From Candidatus Nomurabacteria bacterium RIFCSPHIGHO2_02_FULL_38_15 (GTDB lineage Bacteria > Patescibacteriota > Minisyncoccia > Phycocordibacterales > UBA9973): a stretch of DNA of 36,657 bases. Below are positions 1-9,363 of this stretch, piece after piece; within the stretch, counting starts at the first letter, position 1, and each line of letters begins with the position of its first letter. Location of the stretch: positions 1-36,657 of the forward strand of contig MFUC01000009.1 in NCBI GenBank assembly GCA_001785575.1, given 5' to 3'. The notes under the pieces are model-generated. The model did no database searches. It saw nothing but the letters and a program-made list of their open reading frames with translations, and was not told the DNA's origin. The translations under genes were made by a program, and so were the position numbers.

Positions 1-87
1 GTCCAAGAGCCTGCTGCCATCAAAGAATCCAACGCCACCAAAGAAGTTCCTGAAGATGTTTTGAAAAGAATTTTAAATCAGGATTAA
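1..87 (+). CDS. 3' end of an ORF that begins upstream of the window (..EDVLKRILNQD*)
   Basis: Frame 1 is open from the window edge to TAA at 85-87; too short to assign a family. Confidence 0.3.
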   Translation, partial: VQEPAAIKESNATKEVPEDVLKRILNQD

Positions 88-98
88 GGTAAATATTT

Positions 99-1562
99 AT
101 GAAAAATTGTTTAAGCCAGATAATCACAATAACTTTTCTAGCAATTAGTTTATTATCACCTGTAGGGCGGGCTTGGGCCGGAGTTATTTTTTCAGAGATT
201 GCTTGGATGGGCGGTTCAAACTCAAGCGCCGATGAATGGATTGAAATATATAATGATAGTGAAAGTGATGTTAATTTAGATGGTTATACTATTGTTATCG
301 AAGCTATAATTAACGAAACAGAAAGTAAAAAAACTTCAATTAAACTCTCTGGTATTATTGGATCTAAAAAATATTACCTAATTGAACGAACGGATGATAA
401 CTCTGTGCCAAATATTACTTCTGATTTACCACCAGCACCTTTTGGTTCAGGTCTGAATAACTCAGGCAATAATTTGTATTTAAAAAATGCCGAAGGCCAA
501 AATGCTGACTCACTTTTATTTTCAAGTGGTTGGCCGGCCGGTGATAATGCAACTAAACAAACCATGCAGTTTGTTGGTGGTCAGTGGCTAACGGCTGAAT
601 CAACGCCAAAAAGTGCGCCCCTAGATTCAAGTACGAGTGATCAAACAAATAATCTGCCAGTGAATAATCCACCTAATAATCCAGGCGCTAGTCAATCAAC
701 AGGTGGCAGTGTTTATGTACCACTCAAAAACCAATCTCGTTTTATTGTCAGTATTGCCGGTGACATGTTGGCGCAAATACCAACTCTAGTGGAATTAGAC
801 CACCGTGATGATCAGGGTATTAAAAATAATTATGGTATCTACCGAGTAAATTTTGGTGACGGTAACACTAAGGATTTTAAGCCTGATGAAAAAATTACCC
901 ATACGTATGAATATCCTGGCTATTATAGAATCACACTCAAGTTTATGGATTCGGCTTGGTCAATCATTCCTAAAAAGCAAACATTCATAAATGTCCAAAT
1001 AGATGAGCCATTAATCTATATTGATACCAGTCGTGCGCCAATTTTAATTATTAAGAATAAAAGCTCTAAAGATATTGATTTGGGTGGTTTTACATTTACC
1101 GATGGAGTGAAGACGTTCAGTCCACCCGAGGGCTCGATCGTTTTTGCTAACAAAGAAGTTTGGCTGGCTCCATCTGTGACTGGTTTTTCACAAAATGAAA
1201 TTCTAGGTTTGAACCTACTATCTAAGGCGGGCCAAGCCATTGCTTTGCAAACAAATTCACAGCCCAATACCTTAAATACTAAAACGGCAAGTACGCTAAA
1301 ACCAAAAATTTTAAGCCAAAATAAAATGCCAGCCCAGTTATTAGGTGCGATTGAACCAACATGGTCACTAGAATCGCGCGATAGTATCCAAAGTCAAAGC
1401 GCTAATATAAGTGAAGCCCAGCCAGTTCAAAATCAAAATAAAAAGAATCTGTTTATTTGGTTTTTATTTGGAGCTTTAATTTTAGGCGGTTCGTTGGTTT
1501 TTATTAAATTACGCAAAATAGAAAATAAAGAGGCCAACGAATTTAGTCTACTTGAGGAATAG
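99..1562 (+). CDS. Secreted, C-terminally membrane-anchored surface protein with lamin-tail-like (LTD) blocks flanking a PKD-like domain
   Basis: Signal peptide (ITFLAISLLSPVGRAWA). LTD-like FSEIAWMG..ADEWIEIYN..VNLDGYTI..YYLIER..LNNSGNNLYLKN. PKD-like YRVNFGDGNTKDF..HTYEYPGYYRITLKF. Second LTD-like block LIIKNKSSKDIDLGGFTFTDG. C-terminal TM helix LFIWFLFGALILGGSLVFI. Confidence 0.8.
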   Translation: MKNCLSQIITITFLAISLLSPVGRAWAGVIFSEIAWMGGSNSSADEWIEIYNDSESDVNLDGYTIVIEAIINETESKKTSIKLSGIIGSKKYYLIERTDDNSVPNITSDLPPAPFGSGLNNSGNNLYLKNAEGQNADSLLFSSGWPAGDNATKQTMQFVGGQWLTAESTPKSAPLDSSTSDQTNNLPVNNPPNNPGASQSTGGSVYVPLKNQSRFIVSIAGDMLAQIPTLVELDHRDDQGIKNNYGIYRVNFGDGNTKDFKPDEKITHTYEYPGYYRITLKFMDSAWSIIPKKQTFINVQIDEPLIYIDTSRAPILIIKNKSSKDIDLGGFTFTDGVKTFSPPEGSIVFANKEVWLAPSVTGFSQNEILGLNLLSKAGQAIALQTNSQPNTLNTKTASTLKPKILSQNKMPAQLLGAIEPTWSLESRDSIQSQSANISEAQPVQNQNKKNLFIWFLFGALILGGSLVFIKLRKIENKEANEFSLLEE

Positions 1563-1564
1563 TC

Positions 1565-2350
1565 TTATTCTTTGTTATCGCTTAGCCTGTCTTCGCCAGT
1601 TCCAGCTGGAATATCGGTAGTCTCTAGGCCGGTTTCAATTTGGGATACATCATAATCAAGTTGATCAGTTTCAGATTTTTTTGGCAAGGCAATGTCTTTG
1701 ATGGCATCAGTAATAGAGTCTTTATTCTTTGTTATAGCTTCAGTCAATTCATTTCCAGTCGAGCCAGTTTCTTTATTTTTTTCATCAACTAAAGCTGTTA
1801 GGATTTTTACATCACTAGCAATATTGGCCTCAAGATCTTTAACTTCAATTAGGGCTTCTTTTTGGTCAGCTTCATTTGAGCCACTAGCAACTATTGTGGC
1901 ATTATCCTTGGCGTCTTTAATGTGGCTTTCTAATTCTTTTGAGGCGATAGCAATTTTCTCAGCAACTTTTTCGTCAGTACCGGTATCGTTTGCTAAAATA
2001 GTTTTCATTTCATTCAAGCGAGTTTCAGCGCGTAACTTGCTGTAAATAATTTTCTTTTTAGGAGTGTTTTTAGTGATACCTTTTATATTTTCAAGTTGAA
2101 GTTTAATTGGATAGGTTGAATCACCCGGTAGGGCATTTTGGGAAGCGAAGCTAACACCTGAACCTGAGACTAAAATTAAAAAGGCAAAAGCCATACTGTA
2201 CCTAACCCACGGCAGAGTCATAAAAGGTGACTTAACCGGGTTTTGATTTGATCGAACATGCCAAACTAGTGATGAGCGCATCACATTTTTTTCATTAGCT
2301 GTCATAACAACATCTTTGACTATTTGGTTGTATTGTTTATTCAGGTTCAT
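1565..2350 (-). CDS. Single-pass membrane protein, putative anti-sigma factor partner (DUF5667-like ectodomain)
   Basis: Start overlaps the stop of the upstream ECF sigma gene by 14 nt (2337-2350). It has one TM helix (YSMAFAFLILVSGSGVSFA). The ectodomain is helical and acidic with a YPIKLQLENI motif. No zinc-binding anti-sigma motif was seen. Confidence 0.55.
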   Translation of the reverse strand: MNLNKQYNQIVKDVVMTANEKNVMRSSLVWHVRSNQNPVKSPFMTLPWVRYSMAFAFLILVSGSGVSFASQNALPGDSTYPIKLQLENIKGITKNTPKKKIIYSKLRAETRLNEMKTILANDTGTDEKVAEKIAIASKELESHIKDAKDNATIVASGSNEADQKEALIEVKDLEANIASDVKILTALVDEKNKETGSTGNELTEAITKNKDSITDAIKDIALPKKSETDQLDYDVSQIETGLETTDIPAGTGEDRLSDNKE

Positions 2351-2840
2351 ATTTTTTAAAACTTTCTCTTAAGGCTTCTTTGGCTCGGTGTAATCTAACT
2401 GAGGCCAAGTTGTTTGATATCTCTAAGACCTCAGCAATTTCATTTGAATTTAAACCAGCTTCAATATGCAGTAATAACACTTCTTTGTATTTATCAGGCA
2501 GTGTGTTAGCTTCTTCAAACAATTTTTTTACATCATCTATAACTTCGTGATTAACTGCATGACTTTTTACATCAAAACCATTCTCGATCATTTCATCAAG
2601 CGAGTAGCTTTTGCTTTTGCGATAATGATCAATAATTTTATTGCGAGCAATATGATAAATCAAGGCCCGACTATTTTCGATTGGTTTATCTTGCAACAAA
2701 ACTTCCCAAAATTTAGTGAAGCTTTCCTGGGTCAAATCAAGCGCAATTTCGCGATTACTGACCCTAAATAATACAAAACGAAAAACTTCATCATTGTGAG
2801 ACTCGAAAATATCAAGGAATATTTGCTCTTTTTTGTTCAC
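2337..2840 (-). CDS. ECF-type RNA polymerase sigma-70 family factor
   Basis: Region 2 (ALIYHIARNKIIDHYRK) and region 4 HTH (SNEIAEVLEISNNLASVRLHRAKEAL). Size of 167 aa is typical of sigma-24/ECF. GTG start. Confidence 0.9.
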   Translation of the reverse strand: MNKKEQIFLDIFESHNDEVFRFVLFRVSNREIALDLTQESFTKFWEVLLQDKPIENSRALIYHIARNKIIDHYRKSKSYSLDEMIENGFDVKSHAVNHEVIDDVKKLFEEANTLPDKYKEVLLLHIEAGLNSNEIAEVLEISNNLASVRLHRAKEALRESFKKYEPE

Positions 2841-2960
2841 GTTAATTTATAGTAGCCTTCAAATATAATGACGTTTTAATCGACCCTTTATTACACTATA
2901 ATAGTACCATAAGTATCAAAGTAGAGCTAAAAAGCGTTTTTTCTGCTAGAATAAGAATAT

Positions 2961-4373
2961 ATGAGTATTAGCAAAAAGCATCTAGTAATTGTTGGCTCAG
3001 GTTTTGCTGGTGTTGAATTAGCCCGTCGAATGGTGCCTCTAATAAAAAAAGGTCTATATGAAGTTAGTTTAATTTCTAATCATGGCTACTTTGAATATTA
3101 TCCAGGTATTTATCGAATCATGATTGGTGAAACGCCCATTCAAGTTAAAATTCGTTTAGACCAAATTGTGCCTAGTTGCGTAAAAATTATTGAAGATACT
3201 ATTAGTAGAATTGATACTGTTAATAAAAAAATTTACAGTAATGATGACATTGAAAATGAGTATGAATATGACGAATTAGTTTTGGGTTTGGGTTCGGTAC
3301 CGAATTATTTTAGTATTCCAGGACTTGAAGACGGGGCCTTTGTTTTTCGAACAACTGGCAATGCTGTGGAATTACGCAATCATTTACACGAACTGTTAAT
3401 TAAAACTAGGGCTGAAGAGATAAATAATGAGCCAGTTTTAATGCATAACTTACATATTATTATTGGCGGCGGGGGACCCGTGGGTGTTGAACTAGCTGGC
3501 GCACTTTCAAGTTATATGCGCCAAATGGCTAAGGCTAATAAAATTCCACCAGATAAAGTCACGATTGATTTGATTGAAGCCGGCCCACGATTATTACCGA
3601 GAGTGCCCGAAAATGGCTCGGCTGAAATTGCCGAATTTTTAGGCAAACGCGGTGTGAATATTTTCGTAAACAGGCCGATAAAAAGCATAGCCAAAGAAAC
3701 TGTGATGTTAGAAGACGTTACGCTGAATGCTAAAACAATTGTCTGGACTGGGGGCATAATACCAAACCCATTGTATACACAGGTGTCTAATTTCACCTGC
3801 GATCGTGGTCGGGTATGTGTTGACGAATTTATGCAAGCCACTGGGTGTGTTGATATTTATATTGTCGGCGATGGGGCCAATACGAAAGGTGCGGGCCTGG
3901 CTCAAGGCGCCATCCATGACGGTAAGTACTTAGCTAAACTTTTTAAAGCTAAAGCCCTAAGTCGGGCTTGGCCTAAATACAAGCAAGCCAAAACTGGTTT
4001 TGTTATACCGATTGGCTCAAACTGGGCAATGATGGTTTTTGGTAATTTTGTTTGGGCTGGATTTATCCCTGGAGTTATACGCTACTTTATTGATGTTGAA
4101 TATTTCTTCAAGCGTCTATCTATAGCTAAATTCCTTGACCTTTACTGGGAGGGCTTTAAATACCGCCGACATAGATATATTGAATTGCCAATTGAAGAAT
4201 CACTTAAAAAACCTAAAAATTCTGGCTTGCCTGCGCAGTCAGGCCGGGCGCTTGTTTATATTATCGGCTTTTTGGCCATTATCTTTCTAGGTGTTGTTGG
4301 TTTAGGCTATATAAATAATAAAATTAGCGGGGGAGATAATTCAACCTTTACCGCAGGGTCTTTGTTTAAATAA
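2961..4373 (+). CDS. NDH-2-like FAD-dependent pyridine nucleotide-disulfide oxidoreductase with C-terminal membrane helix
   Basis: Two Rossmann GxGxxG motifs (VIVGSGFAGVE, IIGGGGPVGVE), IYIVGDGA motif, and a C-terminal hydrophobic helix (ALVYIIGFLAIIFLGVVGLGYI). Confidence 0.8.
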   Translation: MSISKKHLVIVGSGFAGVELARRMVPLIKKGLYEVSLISNHGYFEYYPGIYRIMIGETPIQVKIRLDQIVPSCVKIIEDTISRIDTVNKKIYSNDDIENEYEYDELVLGLGSVPNYFSIPGLEDGAFVFRTTGNAVELRNHLHELLIKTRAEEINNEPVLMHNLHIIIGGGGPVGVELAGALSSYMRQMAKANKIPPDKVTIDLIEAGPRLLPRVPENGSAEIAEFLGKRGVNIFVNRPIKSIAKETVMLEDVTLNAKTIVWTGGIIPNPLYTQVSNFTCDRGRVCVDEFMQATGCVDIYIVGDGANTKGAGLAQGAIHDGKYLAKLFKAKALSRAWPKYKQAKTGFVIPIGSNWAMMVFGNFVWAGFIPGVIRYFIDVEYFFKRLSIAKFLDLYWEGFKYRRHRYIELPIEESLKKPKNSGLPAQSGRALVYIIGFLAIIFLGVVGLGYINNKISGGDNSTFTAGSLFK

Positions 4374-4384
4374 GAGTTAGACCA

Positions 4385-4405
4385 CTTGGGAGTTGAGCTC
4401 CCAAG
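4385..4405 (+). repeat. Hairpin repeat family D (cttgggagNtNagctcccaag), terminator-like position
   Basis: 8-bp stem cttgggag/ctcccaag lying 12 nt after the stop of 2961..4373. A near-identical copy is at 20184-20204. Confidence 0.7.
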
Positions 4406-4412
4406 TAAGAAT

Positions 4413-4441
4413 TTGACTTTGGTAATTTCAAAGAGTAGACT
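4413..4441 (+). promoter_or_regulatory. Sigma-70-like promoter (TTGACT-17-TAGACT)
   Basis: ttgact at 4413-4418, 17-nt spacer, tagact at 4436-4441, upstream of the ATG at 4460. Confidence 0.45.
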
Positions 4442-4459
4442 GACAAAAAATCAGTTCGT

Positions 4460-5185
4460 ATGAAAAATCAGAAAAAATTATTTCTCGTGGCGCTTCATGT
4501 AGAAAGTACTAAACAATCTTTTGATGAAGCAAAAAAAATCTTTGCTGGCGGGGCCGATGGTGTGCTGTTGGTAAATAATGGTTTTATGGTGTTTGCAAAA
4601 GATTTGTTTTCCGTAGCTGAAGCTATCAAAAAACAATATGCAAATTGGATTGTTGGAATTAATCCGCTTGACATAGAAGCCGGTGATGCTGTCCGCATGT
4701 TTGGCGAACATGGTAAGAATTTAGACACTCTGTGGGTTGACGATGGAGGGATTATTGAGGGCAGTGACGTAATGATTTTAAATAGGTACGTTGATACATA
4801 CCTAAAGTTGCTAAATCAAAAGCAGCAATACTATGGCAGTATAGATTTTAAATACAAGCAACCTGCCAAGGATTTGGTTGCAGTTTCTAAACTCGCGGCT
4901 GAAAAGTTTGGCGTGGTAATTACCAGCGGTCCTGCTACTGGCAAGGAGCCCGACCTTCAAAAAATCATGACCATTAAGCAGGCGATTGGTGATACACCGT
5001 TAGGTATTGCTAGCGGTATGTCGACAGATAATATTGGTTTGTTTTTGCCTTACGCCGACATTTTTATTGTCGGAACATCATTGTTGGTAGACCATAGTGA
5101 TCAGTTTTTTTATGATCAAGAAAAGATTGAAAAGTTCAGAGCTCGGATTGATGACTACGAGGGCGAACTTATTGCTCAAGTCTAA
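4460..5185 (+). CDS. TIM-barrel protein, BtpA/SgcQ-like family (tentative)
   Basis: C-terminal block VVITSGPATGKEPDLQKIMTIKQAIGDTPLGIASGMSTDNI..ADIFIVGTSL resembles BtpA-family phosphate-binding strands. N-terminal GADGVLLVNN motif. Confidence 0.45.
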   Translation: MKNQKKLFLVALHVESTKQSFDEAKKIFAGGADGVLLVNNGFMVFAKDLFSVAEAIKKQYANWIVGINPLDIEAGDAVRMFGEHGKNLDTLWVDDGGIIEGSDVMILNRYVDTYLKLLNQKQQYYGSIDFKYKQPAKDLVAVSKLAAEKFGVVITSGPATGKEPDLQKIMTIKQAIGDTPLGIASGMSTDNIGLFLPYADIFIVGTSLLVDHSDQFFYDQEKIEKFRARIDDYEGELIAQV

Positions 5186-5192
5186 AAATAAC

Positions 5193-5215
5193 AAAGCCCT
5201 CATGTGAGGGCTTTT
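5193..5215 (+). terminator. Rho-independent terminator-like hairpin
   Basis: aaagccctc-atgt-gagggcttt followed by T, 8 nt after the stop at 5185. Confidence 0.6.
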
Positions 5216-5283
5216 GAATTTGCAAAAAGTGTAAGGTTGTGGTAATTTGGACAAGTTAGCTTAAGACAGCAAGCAGTCTTGAT

Positions 5284-5304
5284 CATAAGTCCGACTTATG
5301 GCTA
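5284..5304 (+). repeat. Hairpin repeat family E (cataagtccgacttatggcta)
   Basis: 21-nt identity with 20163-20183. Palindrome cataagtc/gacttatg. Lies in the untranslated region upstream of rplJ. Confidence 0.7.
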
Positions 5305-5407
5305 GAAGATAATGAGACTTGCCGAGGTTATTTTTTAAATACTCAAAAAAGCTAGCTGGTCGTTACAAAAAACTTAAGAATTAATTTTTTAAGAAAAAAT
5401 AATTATT

Positions 5408-5896
5408 ATGGCACTTACAAAATCAAAAAAACAAGAGGTGCTGGGCAGTTTGGCTGAAATTATTAAAGGGGCAAAAACTTTGGTTTTTGTAAAATTTGAT
5501 AAGCTTTCGGTTTTTAATTCAAATGCCTTGCGTCGCGAATTGCGCCAAAATGACTCGGGTTTACGTGTGGCCAAGAAGCGTTTATTGCTTCGCGCACTGG
5601 ACGAGGGTGGTTTTAAGGGCGAGGTTCCAACAATCGAGGGCGAGGTCATGTTGGCCTATAGCGCTGATGAACTGGCCCCAGCTCAAAAGGTTTACGACTT
5701 TCAAAAAACTCACAAAGACAATATTTCAATTGTTGGCGGAGTCTTTGATGGAAGTTATATGAACCAGGTTGAAATGATGAATATTGCAACGATTCCTGGA
5801 ATGCAAGGTTTGCGAGGAATGTTTGTTAATGTTATTAATTCACCAATTCAAAGATTTGCTATTGCGCTTTCTGAAGTTGCAAAAAAGCAAGGCTAA
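5408..5896 (+). CDS. rplJ: 50S ribosomal protein L10
   Basis: MALTKSKKQEVL..TLVFVKFDKLSV..LRRELR..RVAKKRLL is a typical L10 N-terminus, and the gene lies directly upstream of L7/L12. Confidence 0.93.
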   Translation: MALTKSKKQEVLGSLAEIIKGAKTLVFVKFDKLSVFNSNALRRELRQNDSGLRVAKKRLLLRALDEGGFKGEVPTIEGEVMLAYSADELAPAQKVYDFQKTHKDNISIVGGVFDGSYMNQVEMMNIATIPGMQGLRGMFVNVINSPIQRFAIALSEVAKKQG

Positions 5897-5944
5897 ATAG
5901 AAAGCTAAAAATTTACTAAATTATAAAATTAATATAAAAATATT

Positions 5945-6331
5945 ATGGAAGAAAATACAGAATTTACAGTTCCCGCAAAATTTGCTGGAATTGTGGCAGA
6001 GGTTGAAAAGCTTTCAGTCGTTGAACTAAACGAACTGGTTAAAGTTTTCGAAGTTAAGTGGGGCGTGTCAGCAACGGCTGTGGCAGTTGCGGGTCCAGCC
6101 GCCGAGGCAGGTGAGGAAAAGAGCGAATTTACAGTTGTGTTGGCTGGTGCGGGTGAGAACAAAATTGCTGTAATGAAGGTTGTTAAGGAAGTATTAGGCC
6201 TAGGTTTGAAAGATGCGAAAGACCTAGTTGATGCCGCGCCTTCAAATTTGAAGGAGGGTATTAAAAAAGAAGAGGCCGAAGCTTTGAAAAAGCAACTCGA
6301 AGAAGCCGGCGCAAGTGTTGAATTGAAATAA
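5945..6331 (+). CDS. rplL: 50S ribosomal protein L7/L12
   Basis: Ala/Gly-rich hinge, then [54 protein letters not shown]. Confidence 0.95.
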   Translation: MEENTEFTVPAKFAGIVAEVEKLSVVELNELVKVFEVKWGVSATAVAVAGPAAEAGEEKSEFTVVLAGAGENKIAVMKVVKEVLGLGLKDAKDLVDAAPSNLKEGIKKEEAEALKKQLEEAGASVELK

Positions 6332-6379
6332 GTTGAAATAATTGAGCTAAATTAAAAAATTTAAAACACATAAAATATA

Positions 6380-6408
6380 AAAAGCAATAGTTTACTATTG
6401 CTTTTTAT
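6380..6408 (+). terminator. Rho-independent terminator after rplL
   Basis: agcaatag-ttta-ctattgct followed by a T-run. Confidence 0.65.
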
Positions 6409-6426
6409 ATTTGGTATACTTGGGGT

Positions 6427-7026
6427 ATGCAAGAATCACTAGGAAAGATTTTCGGGAGTCCATACCGCGCACGTGTTATTAGGTTTTTTGTTTTAAATGA
6501 AGCCATTAGCCACAAAACAGCTAGCATTGCCAAAATGCTTAAAATTAAAAAAGCCTTGTTGCAACGAGAGCTAAATATTTTAAGCTCTATTGGTTTTGTA
6601 AATAAAAAATTATCAAAAGGGCGTACGTCTGGTTATCAAATAAATCTTGAATTTAAAAATCTAGAGCCTTTGAAGGATTTAGTTTTGCACCAAGACTTCA
6701 TTAAAAAAGAAGAGTATCCTAGAAAATTTCGCACGGCTGGTAAATTAAAACTTTTAATTATTTCAGGCACGTTGACCGACAATGACAAAAGTAGGGCTGA
6801 TTTATTAGTGGTGGCCGATCGGGTCAAGCGTACAGCTTTTGAATCGGCCTTGCGTTCTATTGAAGCCGAAATTGGCAAAGAATTAGTTTATGTATTGTTG
6901 GACACAAATGAATTTAAATATCGCATGGAAATGCGCGACAAATTACTGGCTGATATTCTTGACTTTGACCACGAGGAATTGTACAAATCCGCTGAGTTAT
7001 CCACAATGCGATTGCGCATTAATTAG
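6427..7026 (+). CDS. Hypothetical protein with N-terminal winged-helix-like domain
   Basis: RARVIRFFVLNEAISHKTASIAKMLKIKKALLQRELNILSSIGFVNKK resembles a wHTH. TGGTATACT box 6 nt upstream of the ATG. Confidence 0.5.
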   Translation: MQESLGKIFGSPYRARVIRFFVLNEAISHKTASIAKMLKIKKALLQRELNILSSIGFVNKKLSKGRTSGYQINLEFKNLEPLKDLVLHQDFIKKEEYPRKFRTAGKLKLLIISGTLTDNDKSRADLLVVADRVKRTAFESALRSIEAEIGKELVYVLLDTNEFKYRMEMRDKLLADILDFDHEELYKSAELSTMRLRIN

Positions 7027-7102
7027 TTTAAATAAAGGTATAATTAATAAAGATAAAGGATCGATCGACCTTTATTTTTTATTAGTAAGAGTATTCTAGA
7101 CT

Positions 7103-7783
7103 ATGCTCATAACTTCATGGGGGGAGATTTTCGCCGTAGCTCTCCAAAATCTTTGGTACGGTTTCGCTATGTTCGTGCCAAAATTGCTTTTAGCAGTAAT
7201 TTTATTCTTCATCGGTTGGTGGATTGCAACAATCATAGGCAAAGCTTTTGCCCAAGTGATTGGTGCACTTAAAATAGATCATCTATTTCGTTCAACTGGT
7301 ATTGATAAAGTTTTAGAGCGCGCAGGTACACATTTGTCAGTTGGTGGCTTTATTGGGGCAATTGTTAAATGGTTCATCATTATCGTATTTTTGATGACAT
7401 CATTACAAATCGTTGGCCTTACACAAGTTAACGACTTCCTTAAAGACATTGTAACTTCATTTGTACCACAAGTTCTAATTGCTGCGTTAGTATTGGTTGT
7501 TGGTTCAGTTTTGGCTGAAACAGCTCGCCGAATACTAACTGGTGGTGCCAAGGCCGCGAATGTTGGTTCAGCTAACATGATTGGTACAACTGCATTTTAT
7601 GCAATTTGGGTGTTTACACTTATAATTGCATTGTCACAACTAGGCATTGCGCCTGCATTTATGCAAATCTTGTTTACAGGTATTGTATTTATGTTGGCCC
7701 TTGCTGGTGGCTTGTCATTTGGTTTGGGTGGTAAAGAAACTGCATCTCGCACTCTTGACCGCGTTTCAAATAACATGCGCTAA
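7103..7783 (+). CDS. Polytopic membrane protein with conserved TM-helix repeats (MscS-associated TM_helix-like)
   Basis: Four to five predicted TM helices with repeated pattern (..IGWWIATIIGKAFAQVIG.., ..LVVGSVLAETARRIL..). Confidence 0.65.
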   Translation: MLITSWGEIFAVALQNLWYGFAMFVPKLLLAVILFFIGWWIATIIGKAFAQVIGALKIDHLFRSTGIDKVLERAGTHLSVGGFIGAIVKWFIIIVFLMTSLQIVGLTQVNDFLKDIVTSFVPQVLIAALVLVVGSVLAETARRILTGGAKAANVGSANMIGTTAFYAIWVFTLIIALSQLGIAPAFMQILFTGIVFMLALAGGLSFGLGGKETASRTLDRVSNNMR

Positions 7784-7820
7784 AAAGTTTTACTAAATTC
7801 GTAAAAACTTTTAAAAAACA

Positions 7821-7856
7821 AAAATCCCGCTTGTAAAATCAGCGGGATTTTTGTTT
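7821..7856 (+). terminator. Rho-independent terminator
   Basis: aaaatcccgct-tgtaaaatc-agcgggatttt followed by a T-run. Confidence 0.8.
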
Positions 7857-7866
7857 GGCTAAATTT

Positions 7867-7953
7867 ACCTCACCCCTGACCCCTCTCCTGGCAAAAGGAG
7901 AGGGGAATCGTGAAAGTCCATCGTCTAATCAGGAGAGGGATTTAGGGTGAGGT
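7867..7953. repeat. GC-rich nested-palindrome element, family A (copy 1)
   Basis: Outer arms acctcaccc / gggtgaggt. Inner hairpin cccctctcc-N8-ggagagggg. Homologous to 24578-24625 and 32404-32513. Confidence 0.8.
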
Positions 7954-7961
7954 TGCGCTTT

Positions 7962-8003
7962 TTCGGCTCCTCCCCCTTGATAAGGGGGAGGTTGGGAGGG
8001 GGG
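7962..8003. repeat. GC-rich hairpin repeat, family B (copy 1)
   Basis: ttcggcTcctcccccttGAtaagggggaggttgggagggg. 10-bp stem cctccccctt/aagggggagg. Second copy at 18960-19000. Confidence 0.8.
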
Positions 8004-8038
8004 CTTTGCGGGCACGGATTTTATGTATAAAAATTCAC

Positions 8039-8067
8039 TTGCATTGTCTATTTGTTTGTGATAGACT
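8039..8067 (+). promoter_or_regulatory. Candidate 23S-5S promoter (TTGCAT-17-TAGACT)
   Basis: ttgcat 8039-8044, 17-nt spacer, tagact 8062-8067, about 320 nt upstream of the 23S 5' end. Confidence 0.45.
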
Positions 8068-8951
8068 CCTACCTGTATTCCTTGAAAATTGCATCGCTAC
8101 TATGGAACCAAATCCAACGCCCATAAATGGGGTTGGATCGGGGTCTTAAAATACTAGAAAGTATATTCGCGCAGCCTGTGCGAATCTCCATAAGTAGTGC
8201 ACACACTATGCCAAGCGGTTGGCATTCCTAGCTTGTGAAAATATATTTATGAAATATATAAAGAAGGAGCACATTTTTCCTTGCAATTAAATTTGGGAGA
8301 TAATGTGAATTAGTGTGTGGAGAATCAGACAAAATGTAAGTAAGTATATACATTATGGAAAGTATGACCAATGGTTAATACATTTCCTAATGGGATAATA
8401 AGAGCATATGGCGGATGCCTAGACTCTCAATAGCGATGAAGGACGTGGGAGGCTGCGATAAGCTTCGGGGAGGTGTCTACAACCTTTGATCCGGAGATTT
8501 CCGAATGGGGAAACCCTACATAGCAAACCTATGTAATTAACACTCATAAGAAGTGTTGATGCGCACCCTGGGAAGTGAAACATCTCAGTACCAGGAGGAA
8601 CAGAAAACAAACCCTAACTATACGTTGGGGAATATTTCCTAAGTAGCGGCGAGCGAAAAGGAAAGAGCCCAAACCTGTCTAACATTGAGCACATATCAGT
8701 ATGAAGCTTTGTACTAAATATTGTGTGTTCAATGTTGGACGGGGGTTGTAGGGTAGCAACTTCGAATTAACGAGAAAAGTCAAAAAATTGCACAATAGAT
8801 TAAGTTGTTGGAAACCAACACCATAGACGGTGATAGTCCGGTAATCGAAATTCTGCAAACTTTTTTGTTGCTATACCTGAGTAGCTCAGGAAACGAAAAG
8901 CTTGAGCGAATCCAGCAGAACTAACTGCTAAGGCTAAATATATTGAGAGAT

Positions 8952-8994
<43 letters not shown>

Positions 8995-9325
8995 GAAAAG
9001 GGAGTGAAATAGATCCTGAAACCATATGCTTACAAGGAGTCGGAGCGGACGCGATTTATCGTGTTCCGTCACGGCGTGCCTATTGAAGAATGAGCCAACG
9101 AGTTTATTTGTGTTGCTGGCTAAGTGGAAACCCCACGGAGCCTCAGGGAAACCAAGTGTTAATAGCGCGAAAAAATTAAGTAGTACAAATAAGACCCGAA
9201 GCCAAGTGAGCTACCCATGAGCAGGTTGAAGTTTGTCGAAAGACAAATGGAGGACCGAACCGGTGAGCCGTACGACACTCTCGGATGACTTGTGGGTTGG
9301 AGTGAAAAGCTAATCGAACTTGGTA

Positions 9326-9363
<38 letters not shown>

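Noticed and set aside
5224-5407. Ribosomal protein L10 leader (autoregulatory RNA) upstream of rplJ
   Set aside because: A 184-nt untranslated region with hairpins exists. However, its most conspicuous hairpin is a dispersed family E repeat, and I cannot verify the L10-leader fold or its 23S-mimic kink-turn by eye. A covariance-model scan is needed.
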